Below the pieces are notes generated by a model. It saw nothing but the letters and a program-made list of their open reading frames with translations. It did no database searches and was not told the origin of the DNA. Positions 30,139 through 38,912 of a stretch of DNA of 64,000 bases are shown one piece after another. The stretch covers positions 432,448-496,447 of the forward strand of contig JAGPFQ010000001.1 in NCBI GenBank assembly GCA_018056375.1, read 5' to 3'. The position numbers and the translations under genes were made by a program. The stretch is from Candidatus Dojkabacteria bacterium (GTDB lineage: Bacteria > Patescibacteriota > Dojkabacteria > SC72). Every line of letters begins with the position of its first letter. The first letter of the stretch is position 1.

Positions 30139-32751
30139 TTAAGGACATGGTGTAGTGTTACATCCAAAACCACCACTAGAAGGATCATTTGTCATAACAT
30201 CCTGAGGATTAACCTTTGTTCCATCATACACTAGTTCTAAGTGTAAGTGCTTACCAGTAGAACATGTATATGTTTCTTCATATTCCTGGATCCTACCTAT
30301 TGGGACTCCTGGTCCTAGGGTATCTCCAGGAGAGTATTCAGGGTTTAGTTTAGTGTGCACCAGAATAAATTTGTAGGTATGTCCCCCATATTCTGCCGTA
30401 AAGACAACTTCATCTCCTGCATGATCACCACAAGGATATGGCCTTGTAGAGATAAGAACACAATTCCCCAATCCAACATCACAAAAAGTAGGGGTATAGA
30501 AATAGCTAATATTAGTTACATCTATAGCTATTAAATTTCCGTGAGAATAGGAACCACCAGGACCCTGTGAACATCCTGTTTGTTGTGGTCCATAAAGACA
30601 AGTGACTCCATCAGGGAGTGGAGAACCTTCAAATAAGACATCTGGGATAGTACCTCCATAGGGAACTTCTACTGTAAAATCAGGAGAACATTCTTGTACT
30701 TGTTGTGGAACAATATGGGAGAATTTGCCAAATATTGCACCGACAAAAATGATTACAAATACAAGACAGCCAGAACAAGCAAAAACAAACAATGTAGTAA
30801 TCAACTTAAGCAGGGGTTTAAGTATCTTCTCCCCTATTTTTATTGCTAAGTTTATTACTTGATCTATAACAAAGTCTACAACTGGACCTAAGACCCTAGC
30901 CAGACCTGCTGAGACTCCATCTAGGAAAGCTTTGGCTGCTTCTTTGGCTGCAACTCTAACTCCTTGAAGAAAAACTTTAAAACCACCCTTCTCAACCCAC
31001 TGAGATAATATTTCTCTAGCTAAGTCACTTTCCCCGATTAGTTTAAGAATCCCATTCATCACTTTCTCTCTGACTTCTTTCAAAGATGATTCCTTAAACA
31101 AGTGCTTTGCTAAAAGTTTCTTGACTCTCTCTTTGTGTCTGTCAAGCACATTAAATCTTTTTGCAAGTTCCCTATATCTCTTATTCTTCTTGAAAATCTT
31201 CTCTAATTTCCTAAAATCACTTGGATTCATAGTTCCTGCAAGTCCTCGAAGATATGCTTCATCGCCTGTTTTAAAGAGTCTATTGAAATCAAGACCAGTA
31301 AACTTTGCTTGTGCCTTATCTCTTAACCTTAAAGCTCTATATGCAAATATCTCTCCTGTAGCTAGGGAGCCGATTAAACCTCCAGGTGTCAGATAATATA
31401 TATCAGTTAATAGTTGGTCGTAGTCATTGGCAACCTTTCGTATAAATTTGTTCTTAATCTCTTCCTCTGTCCTCTTTCTAGCAACCTTAACCGTTATTTG
31501 CCATTCATCCCCATCTTTATCGGCGAAACCTAGACCTAATTTTTCATCTTTTACTGGAAAGAGAGCACCTCCAAAAGCAGTATTTATATAAGGTTTATAA
31601 AAGTCTCCACTCATTATTGCAGGAACTAACCCTCCTCCTACAGTATATCCCCATACATCTTGTATTGATTTTAGTGTACCTTCTATTTCTCCTAACCTAC
31701 TTGAAGTGTTAATCCTATTCATTACTCTCAAGTCCTTGTTAATTCCCTTCATTTTGCTCTGTAGACTTTGAATCTTTGCTCTATTCCTAACAGGGTCAGC
31801 TCTTTCTAAAGAATCTATCCTTCTAGAATAGTTATCTAGAGTCCTCATCTTCTTTTCTCTAAGCACATCTGTATAGTTTCTATTATTCAAAGCCTCTACA
31901 AAACCAGCACTTTTCATTAGATTACCTGATTTTGTGTAATCACCTGCTACTCTAGCCTGATATGCCTTGTTCATCAGATTATCTCTCTCCATGAAAGCAT
32001 AGAAGCTTCTGTCTTTAGTAACCCCATCTAATCCTTTTATCCCTTTACCTGGTCCCTGTGCTTCTCCTGCTTGATATGTGTCTAACCACCGTTTATAAGT
32101 CTTGTCATATTCCTGTCCTGCTAAATCCTTTGCTGATAGCCCACCTTTAGGAGTATAGTAGCTCTGATAACGTGAGATATATTGTTGTTTCGTCAAAATC
32201 CTGTTAGGATCTCCAAAATGTTCTTTTGCTAGCTGTGTTGCTCTTGCTTTCGTTGTAGCATACTCATAACCTGCAGTACTCTCCTTCCCTGCAGTTAACA
32301 TTGCCATACGAGTATCAAAATCAAGATCGTTCTTTCTAGCCCAGTTAGCAGCAATTAGTCCTGCTATCTCATTGCCTGCCCATGCAAGCCTCCCCATTTT
32401 CCTGTTACTCTCAAAACGCTTAAACTGCTTGTCTATAAAGGACATGTCATTGTTTAAGACATCAATGATATTAGATGCCTTAATAGCTACATCCTCGCCA
32501 GGAGTAAAAGGATCTTGTCTTATCTTCCTGATATCAAAATCCATTACATCATTGAGGGCATCGGTTGTTGTTTTATTAACAAAAAGCAAAGGATTTTCTA
32601 AAACTCCTGCTATTACATCTGCATAAGCATCTGTAGAACTAACACCAGTAACTTTCACCGGTTTTACCTTATCAGGTGTTTTTTGTGCTTCCGTGAAGAT
32701 AAAGTCAAAGATTGAACTGAGAGAATCTTCATATGCTTTGTTTTTTTTCAT
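30139..32751 (-). CDS. large bitopic protein: about 640-aa cytoplasmic N-domain, single TM, and extracytoplasmic M23/LytM-like peptidase domain
   Basis: No signal peptide. TM 'LITTLFVFACSGCLVFVIIFVGAIF'. C-terminal 'CGDHAGDE...GKHLHLEL' matches the HxxxD/HxH pattern of M23. Confidence 0.5.
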   Translation of the reverse strand: MKKNKAYEDSLSSIFDFIFTEAQKTPDKVKPVKVTGVSSTDAYADVIAGVLENPLLFVNKTTTDALNDVMDFDIRKIRQDPFTPGEDVAIKASNIIDVLNNDMSFIDKQFKRFESNRKMGRLAWAGNEIAGLIAANWARKNDLDFDTRMAMLTAGKESTAGYEYATTKARATQLAKEHFGDPNRILTKQQYISRYQSYYTPKGGLSAKDLAGQEYDKTYKRWLDTYQAGEAQGPGKGIKGLDGVTKDRSFYAFMERDNLMNKAYQARVAGDYTKSGNLMKSAGFVEALNNRNYTDVLREKKMRTLDNYSRRIDSLERADPVRNRAKIQSLQSKMKGINKDLRVMNRINTSSRLGEIEGTLKSIQDVWGYTVGGGLVPAIMSGDFYKPYINTAFGGALFPVKDEKLGLGFADKDGDEWQITVKVARKRTEEEIKNKFIRKVANDYDQLLTDIYYLTPGGLIGSLATGEIFAYRALRLRDKAQAKFTGLDFNRLFKTGDEAYLRGLAGTMNPSDFRKLEKIFKKNKRYRELAKRFNVLDRHKERVKKLLAKHLFKESSLKEVREKVMNGILKLIGESDLAREILSQWVEKGGFKVFLQGVRVAAKEAAKAFLDGVSAGLARVLGPVVDFVIDQVINLAIKIGEKILKPLLKLITTLFVFACSGCLVFVIIFVGAIFGKFSHIVPQQVQECSPDFTVEVPYGGTIPDVLFEGSPLPDGVTCLYGPQQTGCSQGPGGSYSHGNLIAIDVTNISYFYTPTFCDVGLGNCVLISTRPYPCGDHAGDEVVFTAEYGGHTYKFILVHTKLNPEYSPGDTLGPGVPIGRIQEYEETYTCSTGKHLHLELVYDGTKVNPQDVMTNDPSSGGFGCNTTPCP

Positions 32752-32766
32752 TTAAACAAACAAGAA

Positions 32767-34083
32767 TTATTTCTTAAACATACCTCCAATTAAAGGTACA
32801 CCACTTAAACTCTCTTTAACCTTTTCCGCAGCTTTAGCACTGGCAGGTGTTTCATTAGGAGGTATTACCGCTTTAAGCATTTCAGGAGCAGAAGCTGCAG
32901 CATATAAGGCCAAGATTCTAGTAATACAGATTAAGAATCCTCCAATACTATCAGATCCTTTATTAGCAACCCCAACTAAAGTCTCAGGGAAACCAAGATT
33001 TATACTGTTATTATCCAAAAGACTTGGAAGGTTGACAATGGCATATGCTAAAGGAAAAACAAGAGTATTTCTTAAAGCCGACTTAAAGACCTCCAACATC
33101 TGGGCCGAATTACCTGGTAAACCACCTAGCATAACTTTTATAGGAGAGAGGATTACATCTACTAATAGTCCTAAATATGCCTTAACTAATGTTATCCATA
33201 ATTTAACAGCACCAACAATTACAACCCCCGCCAAGAATAAGCCAATAATAATAAGAAGAATGCCTCCTATTCCCAAAGGTGTAAGAAGCATAATGATTCC
33301 CGCAATAGTAAGACCAACTCCTATTCCAGAAGCTATGGGCATTTCTTTCCACAGTAAATCCCAGAAAAGAGCAAATGGCTGATGAATACGTACACCTCCA
33401 CCAATCTCACCAAAGATAAGATTAGAGATAATCCTCGTAACAATACCACCAAAATCAATTATCAATCCAATAATAGCAAAACTAAATGTAACTAAGATGA
33501 GAGAAATCACTATATTAGGTAGGGAGTTTCCTATAGTTACCATTGTTTGTCCCCCTATCTTATGCCTAAACATAATCATAAAACCAATGATTATCATCAC
33601 AATAACATAACCCAAATAAGCAAGGTTTCGCATCTTACTCCATAAGTCATCAACACCCATTTGTTGTAGGTCATCATATCCAGCAGCATAAACAGAACTA
33701 CTCTCTTTGTTATAACCCGGTATCCACTCATCTGCCAGATGAGCAATAACATCCACTCTTGGCTGATTATTGAACATAGCAACAACAGCAGATTCTGACA
33801 AACCTAAAAGACCCTTTCTCATAGTTTCTGGTAGATTAGCTTGCTGCTCTTCATCTAACAATTGAGGAGCAATTGTTATTAAAGCATTTTCAGCTACACC
33901 GTATGCTAGCTTACCGGTTAATTGCGACATATTCTCCCCCGGATCATCAACAACAGCTTTAATAGTATCAACTGTTTCTTTCCACCCTTTTAGTGTATTA
34001 ATAAAACCTGCATTTACCGGTCTCACAAAAGAAAAGAAGAGTAAGAAAGATATTATAAATAAAAGAAATGTCTTTTTCTTCAT
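32767..34083 (-). CDS. signal-peptide polytopic membrane protein (VirB6/TrbL-like topology), function unknown
   Basis: Cleavable signal 'FVRPVNA', an extracytoplasmic domain of about 150 aa, then at least 7 TM helices. Confidence 0.4.
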   Translation of the reverse strand: MKKKTFLLFIISFLLFFSFVRPVNAGFINTLKGWKETVDTIKAVVDDPGENMSQLTGKLAYGVAENALITIAPQLLDEEQQANLPETMRKGLLGLSESAVVAMFNNQPRVDVIAHLADEWIPGYNKESSSVYAAGYDDLQQMGVDDLWSKMRNLAYLGYVIVMIIIGFMIMFRHKIGGQTMVTIGNSLPNIVISLILVTFSFAIIGLIIDFGGIVTRIISNLIFGEIGGGVRIHQPFALFWDLLWKEMPIASGIGVGLTIAGIIMLLTPLGIGGILLIIIGLFLAGVVIVGAVKLWITLVKAYLGLLVDVILSPIKVMLGGLPGNSAQMLEVFKSALRNTLVFPLAYAIVNLPSLLDNNSINLGFPETLVGVANKGSDSIGGFLICITRILALYAAASAPEMLKAVIPPNETPASAKAAEKVKESLSGVPLIGGMFKK

Positions 34084-34124
34084 ATTTTTAGAATTATTTA
34101 ACTTAAATTTTCTTAATTCCTCAA

Positions 34125-35591
34125 TTAAAGTCCATATTGTGTTGCAGATCTATCTCTTGCAACCTCAACACTTTTCCAGTATACATCAAAATTCTTAGGA
34201 AAGTCATCCTGTCCAGGTGCTTTATCTTTCGCTTCTATATTATAGTTAGCCAAGAATGGAGACATATCCCAGAGACAAGTAACATCTACATACGAACCAT
34301 CAATCGTTGCTCCACACTTAGTACCTACAAAAAATGTTAAGCTGTTTTTAGTACTAGAAGCACCTACTTTTTTCCCTTTACTTTGAACAGGAGATAACAG
34401 ACCTTTTTGTACATATGTTAAAAAAGCATTTGCACAAAGTTCATCTGTACACTCATAAGGGTCTCCAAATATTGGAGTCATCTCCACTATTATACTTGCA
34501 GGGTCTACACATTGGCCATCTGATACACCCATAACTTCTCTTGTTGGAGAAGCATTATCAACTGTTTGAGTTGAAGGTTTTGGCTTACATGTCTCCCATT
34601 GGGCAGGAGAGAAAAGTTTTTTAAGTTTACCCCCAATAATGGCAATTGTTTTAGTACATGCAGTATAAGTGTGCTTATCCTTTTTATAGTCTTCTCCTTC
34701 CACCAGACACTCATCTGTTTCTGTTGGCACGAAGTTGTCTCCACCTGGGATCTGTTGTCTTGCATAACCTCCATTGTCTTTGTCAGATGCAATATAGTTT
34801 GGTTTTCCTACATTGTAGTCACCAATAGCTATCTCTTTTTCGTGTTGCTTTTTATAGCAAGAAGGACAAGGCTGATGATCGGCATTTGTGACAGTATACT
34901 TTCCTATTGGGTTATTTTGACCACCTTCAGGATTAACATTTGTTTTTATTCTTCCCTCTACTTCAAAATTTTCTCTTTCTGTTCCAGTTATAGATTCTCT
35001 AAATTCTGTGGCTTCTGCTGGAGACAAGGTTCTAGAGACAAATTCTTCATCTATTTGTTCTCCACTTGATTTATACTCTGGTGTCGTTTTTGTAATCTGT
35101 TTTCTACTATCCTTAAAGGTAAACTGTCCTAGCATAAGAGCTAGTGGATATGTTACCTTTACCAATTCTATCTTAGTATCTTTTGTTACAAGAATATTAC
35201 CACTAGAAGATGTAGGAGAACCGGAACTGTAATTTATACCCCCACCTCCTTTTGTACATGCAACTCTAACGGAACTAAGAGAGTTTTTAAAATTAGAACA
35301 GTCCAAACCTAATACACTACCTTCTGTATCTTTTAAATTTTCCGTTATGTCTACAGTCTGAGAATCATCTATGTATGCAATATTTAGAGATTCTGTATAG
35401 CTTTCATCTAAAACTTCTGTTGATACTTCTTGTGTATCACATGTTTGACATGTCTCGACTTTTGGGACAGGATTGTGAACAGGTTCTACTTCTTTCTTTA
35501 CATTTGTAGTAATCTTAACCATAAGGTAAGAGAAACCTACTAAAAAAAGTAGAAAGTAGAAAGCCTTTTTATTTGTCCTTGTATTCCTCAT
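34125..35591 (-). CDS. N-anchored Cys-containing secreted protein (488 aa), function unknown
   Basis: N-terminal TM, many Cys, no recognisable motif. Its 5' end overlaps the 3' end of the upstream gene by 23 nt. Confidence 0.4.
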   Translation of the reverse strand: MRNTRTNKKAFYFLLFLVGFSYLMVKITTNVKKEVEPVHNPVPKVETCQTCDTQEVSTEVLDESYTESLNIAYIDDSQTVDITENLKDTEGSVLGLDCSNFKNSLSSVRVACTKGGGGINYSSGSPTSSSGNILVTKDTKIELVKVTYPLALMLGQFTFKDSRKQITKTTPEYKSSGEQIDEEFVSRTLSPAEATEFRESITGTERENFEVEGRIKTNVNPEGGQNNPIGKYTVTNADHQPCPSCYKKQHEKEIAIGDYNVGKPNYIASDKDNGGYARQQIPGGDNFVPTETDECLVEGEDYKKDKHTYTACTKTIAIIGGKLKKLFSPAQWETCKPKPSTQTVDNASPTREVMGVSDGQCVDPASIIVEMTPIFGDPYECTDELCANAFLTYVQKGLLSPVQSKGKKVGASSTKNSLTFFVGTKCGATIDGSYVDVTCLWDMSPFLANYNIEAKDKAPGQDDFPKNFDVYWKSVEVARDRSATQYGL

Positions 35592-36483
35592 TCTGTTTAG
35601 TTTTGTCTAATATAACTTTAGATACATTTTCTGTCTTTTCAAAATCTTTCTTCTCTTTCTTTATTATACTCCTAAGATATATATACATACCCCCTAAGAG
35701 TACAAATAGCAAGATAGAAATAGTCAAAAACATTATATCAAATTGTGAGATTTCTTTTTGTGGTATAGTATTTTTTCCAATTGGTTGTTCTGTAGTTGTA
35801 TTTTTGTCATTTTCAATCACCTCTGTTTGTTCTGTACTACCCTCTAAATCAATTGAAATTTCCTCTTTCTCAACTTGACTTAGAGTAATCTCTTTTTCAA
35901 TAGGAGATTGAGTAGTGTATGTTTTTAATTGTAATAGATCTTTCTCTGTAAATTCAAAATAGCTCTCTCCATTTTCTGTTCTCATACTTGAAAGAGATAG
36001 TGACCAATAGCCATTCTCATCTACAAGGCTAGACATTATATTACTTATTCCTCCACTTCCTGCAGAGTCAGTGTCTTTAATATTCGCTAAAATAACAGCT
36101 TCTTTATGCTCAGGTAGATTAAGAAGTTGACCTTTAGAGAATTCAAAACCAGGAGGAGTGTTTAATGTCTTGAATGTTGTAACGGAGAAATGTTTCCCTC
36201 CGTTATCGTATTCTTCTTCTCCTGAAACAACATTAAAGAAATACTCTGTCTCTGGTCTTAGTCTTGAAAGTTTTACACTATGAACAAAATATCTATTTCT
36301 AGAAAACATATCATCTCTCTCATCGTTTTCCGTATTGGAAAGATTTGACTGAGATATTCCATATTTTACATAACCTTGTTCTCTTTCTTTTGAGATCCAA
36401 AGTACTGTAAAACCTGTGTCTGTAAGATTCGTAACTATTACACTTGCTTCTCCTACATTTTCCTCCTGTTCTATATTGGGCAT
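35569..36483 (-). CDS. surface protein paralog with PAP-N/FN3-like module and C-terminal TM anchor (304 aa). No N-terminal signal peptide.
   Basis: 'VTNLTDTGFTVLWIS...YGISQSNL...YFVHSVKLSRLRPETEYFFNVVSG...NGGKHFSVTTF' plus a C-terminal hydrophobic segment with KKEKK tail. Confidence 0.5.
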   Translation of the reverse strand: MPNIEQEENVGEASVIVTNLTDTGFTVLWISKEREQGYVKYGISQSNLSNTENDERDDMFSRNRYFVHSVKLSRLRPETEYFFNVVSGEEEYDNGGKHFSVTTFKTLNTPPGFEFSKGQLLNLPEHKEAVILANIKDTDSAGSGGISNIMSSLVDENGYWSLSLSSMRTENGESYFEFTEKDLLQLKTYTTQSPIEKEITLSQVEKEEISIDLEGSTEQTEVIENDKNTTTEQPIGKNTIPQKEISQFDIMFLTISILLFVLLGGMYIYLRSIIKKEKKDFEKTENVSKVILDKTKQNEEYKDK

Positions 36484-36521
36484 GTTTAAATTATCTTAAT
36501 TTATCCTTCTAAATCCCTATA

Positions 36522-38519
36522 TTAAAGCTCCTTTACCATATCACCTTTACCTTTTTTCTTAAATGAGAAATATGCTATAGTTCCACTACCTATTAAGGAT
36601 ATAGATATTAATAATATTCCCCAGAAAGAATCGAGTGCTCCTGTTTTAGGTGTCTCACCTGAGTAAATGGGTTGTTGAGGAGTTTCCGGAGATACACTTT
36701 GAGGATTCGACGAAGGTACTACATATTGAGCAGACCCAACAATACCGTAATCTTTCAGTCTGCCCACGTTTACTTTATCTGCAGGAGGAACAGAAGAATC
36801 TTTTTCAAGGCCTATGACTATGTCTTTGAGGTCTATACCTTCCATACCTATTTTTTCTTGTGGAGCACTAAAAGTTGTATATGGTTCAATTATTAAGGTA
36901 TCTCCAGCTGTGTGTTCAAAATAGCTAGTACCATCTTCTACTCTCATTTCAGATAGAGGAAGACCCCAACTTCCATCTTCACTTACATCTGTAGATATCA
37001 ACGTACTTGTACCTTTACTACCTGTATCATCTCCATCCTTTATGCTTGCTAACAAAATTACTTCCTTATGCTCAGGCATGCCTGTTAATTCCCCTACAAT
37101 ATTAAACAGACCTCCTGTCCTCTCTATTTCAGGGAATGTAGTAACAGTAAAACCTTTTCCTCCATTGCTATATGTATCATTCCCAGATACTACGTTGTAA
37201 TAGTACTTTGTTTCAGGTTGAAGTTTTTCAACATTGACAGTATGAACATAGTATTCTCCTTTAACAAGTTCGCCATCCCTTTTGTCTAATGCTACACTGT
37301 TAAGCTGAGTCGGAGAAGTTCCATACTTAACAGTACCTTCTTCCTTTTGAGCAGATACCCACAGGACTGTAAACTTCGTATCACTCAAGTTTGTAACTTT
37401 AATACTATCAGGGCCTGTGCTTCCACTAACACCTGATTGAGATGCAGTGGTAAGGTCTGTCCACCTTATATGATGTATTATTCTATACTGTCTATTTGTA
37501 AATTCTTTATCATTATCCATTGGATCTGTATCATAATTATCACCTGGTATATATGGGTCGTCTGGTCTATATGGGTCTTCATAGTCATCATATGGATCAC
37601 TTGGTTCTTCAGTGTTTGCACTTATACATAATTCCCTAGTTAGATATCTTCCAGAACCAGAGCAATTCTCTGTTGTCTCTTTACATATACCATCAAAATA
37701 CCAACATTTACCCTCTTCAGGTGAGGAAACTACTAGCTTTGATTCTTTTGGGAGAGATGCATATATATCTTTTCCTTCCTCTAGTAACAAGTCATTTCCA
37801 GCCCTTAGTATACCTGCACTGTCAAATAGTGTTGCATATGTACCAGTTAAGACAGCTCCCCTGCCTCTTCCATCTATAGCAAGGATTGTAATGCCTGTAC
37901 TGTCTGTTATCTTAACTCTTTCTTTATCTGCTATGCTTAAGATAGAAGAGAGGTCTAGATGCCAACTTTTACTACTGGATAGTGTTGAAGATACAGGGAA
38001 TGAGCTTTGGTCACTAAGTAAGAGATAGACCACGACATCGTCATCAGATGCTGATGATACTTGACCTCCTGCGGGATTAACAACAGGAAGTTTTTCACTC
38101 ATTGGAGCTGTTCTAAACATTAGTTCTTTTCCTTCACTTGATGTGTATTTTTTACTATCTGATTGTATTAAGAATTTGTATTGAGTATTTGGAGCCAGGT
38201 CAGAGAGCTCAACATAGTGTGTATATCTTTTGTCTAATCTGCTTGAATCTCGAACATCTTTGTATGCTTTTCTTTCTTCTCCATTTTCGAGTAAGACTAC
38301 TGATCCATATGCTGATTTTTCAGTTGTCCAAGATATTGTTATTAGACTAGTAGTAATATCACTTATTGCAACATTTTTAGGGTCTATGTCTTGAGAAGCT
38401 CTACTTCTCATGTCAATTATCTTATGTGTTGCAAATACCAGAAGTGGTAGTGCTAGGATAAGGACTATTAGAATTACATTCTTTTTCCTTCTTATTTGAG
38501 GTAATTGAGCTATTTTCAT
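36522..38519 (-). CDS. surface protein with two PAP-N/FN3-like modules, an acidic Cys-containing central region, and a C-terminal sorting-signal-like TM (665 aa)
   Basis: N-terminal signal anchor. The modules 'ISDITTSLITISWTT...YTHYVELSDLAPNTQYKF' and 'VTNLSDTKFTVLWVS...YYVHTVNVEKLQPETKYYYNVVSG' are paralogous to the 304-aa protein. C-terminus 'TPKTGALDSFWGILLISISLIGSGTIAYFSFKKKGKG'. Confidence 0.55.
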   Translation of the reverse strand: MKIAQLPQIRRKKNVILIVLILALPLLVFATHKIIDMRSRASQDIDPKNVAISDITTSLITISWTTEKSAYGSVVLLENGEERKAYKDVRDSSRLDKRYTHYVELSDLAPNTQYKFLIQSDSKKYTSSEGKELMFRTAPMSEKLPVVNPAGGQVSSASDDDVVVYLLLSDQSSFPVSSTLSSSKSWHLDLSSILSIADKERVKITDSTGITILAIDGRGRGAVLTGTYATLFDSAGILRAGNDLLLEEGKDIYASLPKESKLVVSSPEEGKCWYFDGICKETTENCSGSGRYLTRELCISANTEEPSDPYDDYEDPYRPDDPYIPGDNYDTDPMDNDKEFTNRQYRIIHHIRWTDLTTASQSGVSGSTGPDSIKVTNLSDTKFTVLWVSAQKEEGTVKYGTSPTQLNSVALDKRDGELVKGEYYVHTVNVEKLQPETKYYYNVVSGNDTYSNGGKGFTVTTFPEIERTGGLFNIVGELTGMPEHKEVILLASIKDGDDTGSKGTSTLISTDVSEDGSWGLPLSEMRVEDGTSYFEHTAGDTLIIEPYTTFSAPQEKIGMEGIDLKDIVIGLEKDSSVPPADKVNVGRLKDYGIVGSAQYVVPSSNPQSVSPETPQQPIYSGETPKTGALDSFWGILLISISLIGSGTIAYFSFKKKGKGDMVKEL

Positions 38520-38607
38520 TAGTAGTATGATACCTAGAAACAGGCGATATTACAATGCTTAAATATATTAAAAGCATTGAACCGATAAATGTAAATACTA
38601 GATCTAC

Positions 38608-38895
38608 CTATTCTTCTTTTTTCTCTCCTGATTTTAGACCTGAAAGAAAACCACTTATGAGAGATATACCTGCCCCTATTCCCCTGATTGGTTGAATTAT
38701 TGCATCGTTAACTTCTTCAACTGTTCCTTTGACAGAGGATATTACTGTACTTGCATCCTCTGTTATCTTTTCTACATTTTTAAGTGTATTTCTACTTTCT
38801 TTAACAAACATCCCTATTTCATAGAGAATAAAGGATAGTAATCCTGTTAAGACAGTAACTATCACCATCCAAAATAGTGGTGGTATTGTTTCCAT
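38608..38895 (-). CDS. small membrane protein (95 aa)
   Basis: N-terminal TM, a coiled-coil-like middle and a C-terminal hydrophobic patch. Confidence 0.35.
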   Translation of the reverse strand: METIPPLFWMVIVTVLTGLLSFILYEIGMFVKESRNTLKNVEKITEDASTVISSVKGTVEEVNDAIIQPIRGIGAGISLISGFLSGLKSGEKKEE

Positions 38896-38912
38896 ATTTT
38901 TACTTACTTAAA

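Noticed and set aside
33032-35069. Plus-strand ORFs 33032..33382, 34137..34340, 34599..35069 and 35008..35232
   Set aside because: All lie antisense within long, motif-bearing minus-strand genes and are not supported.
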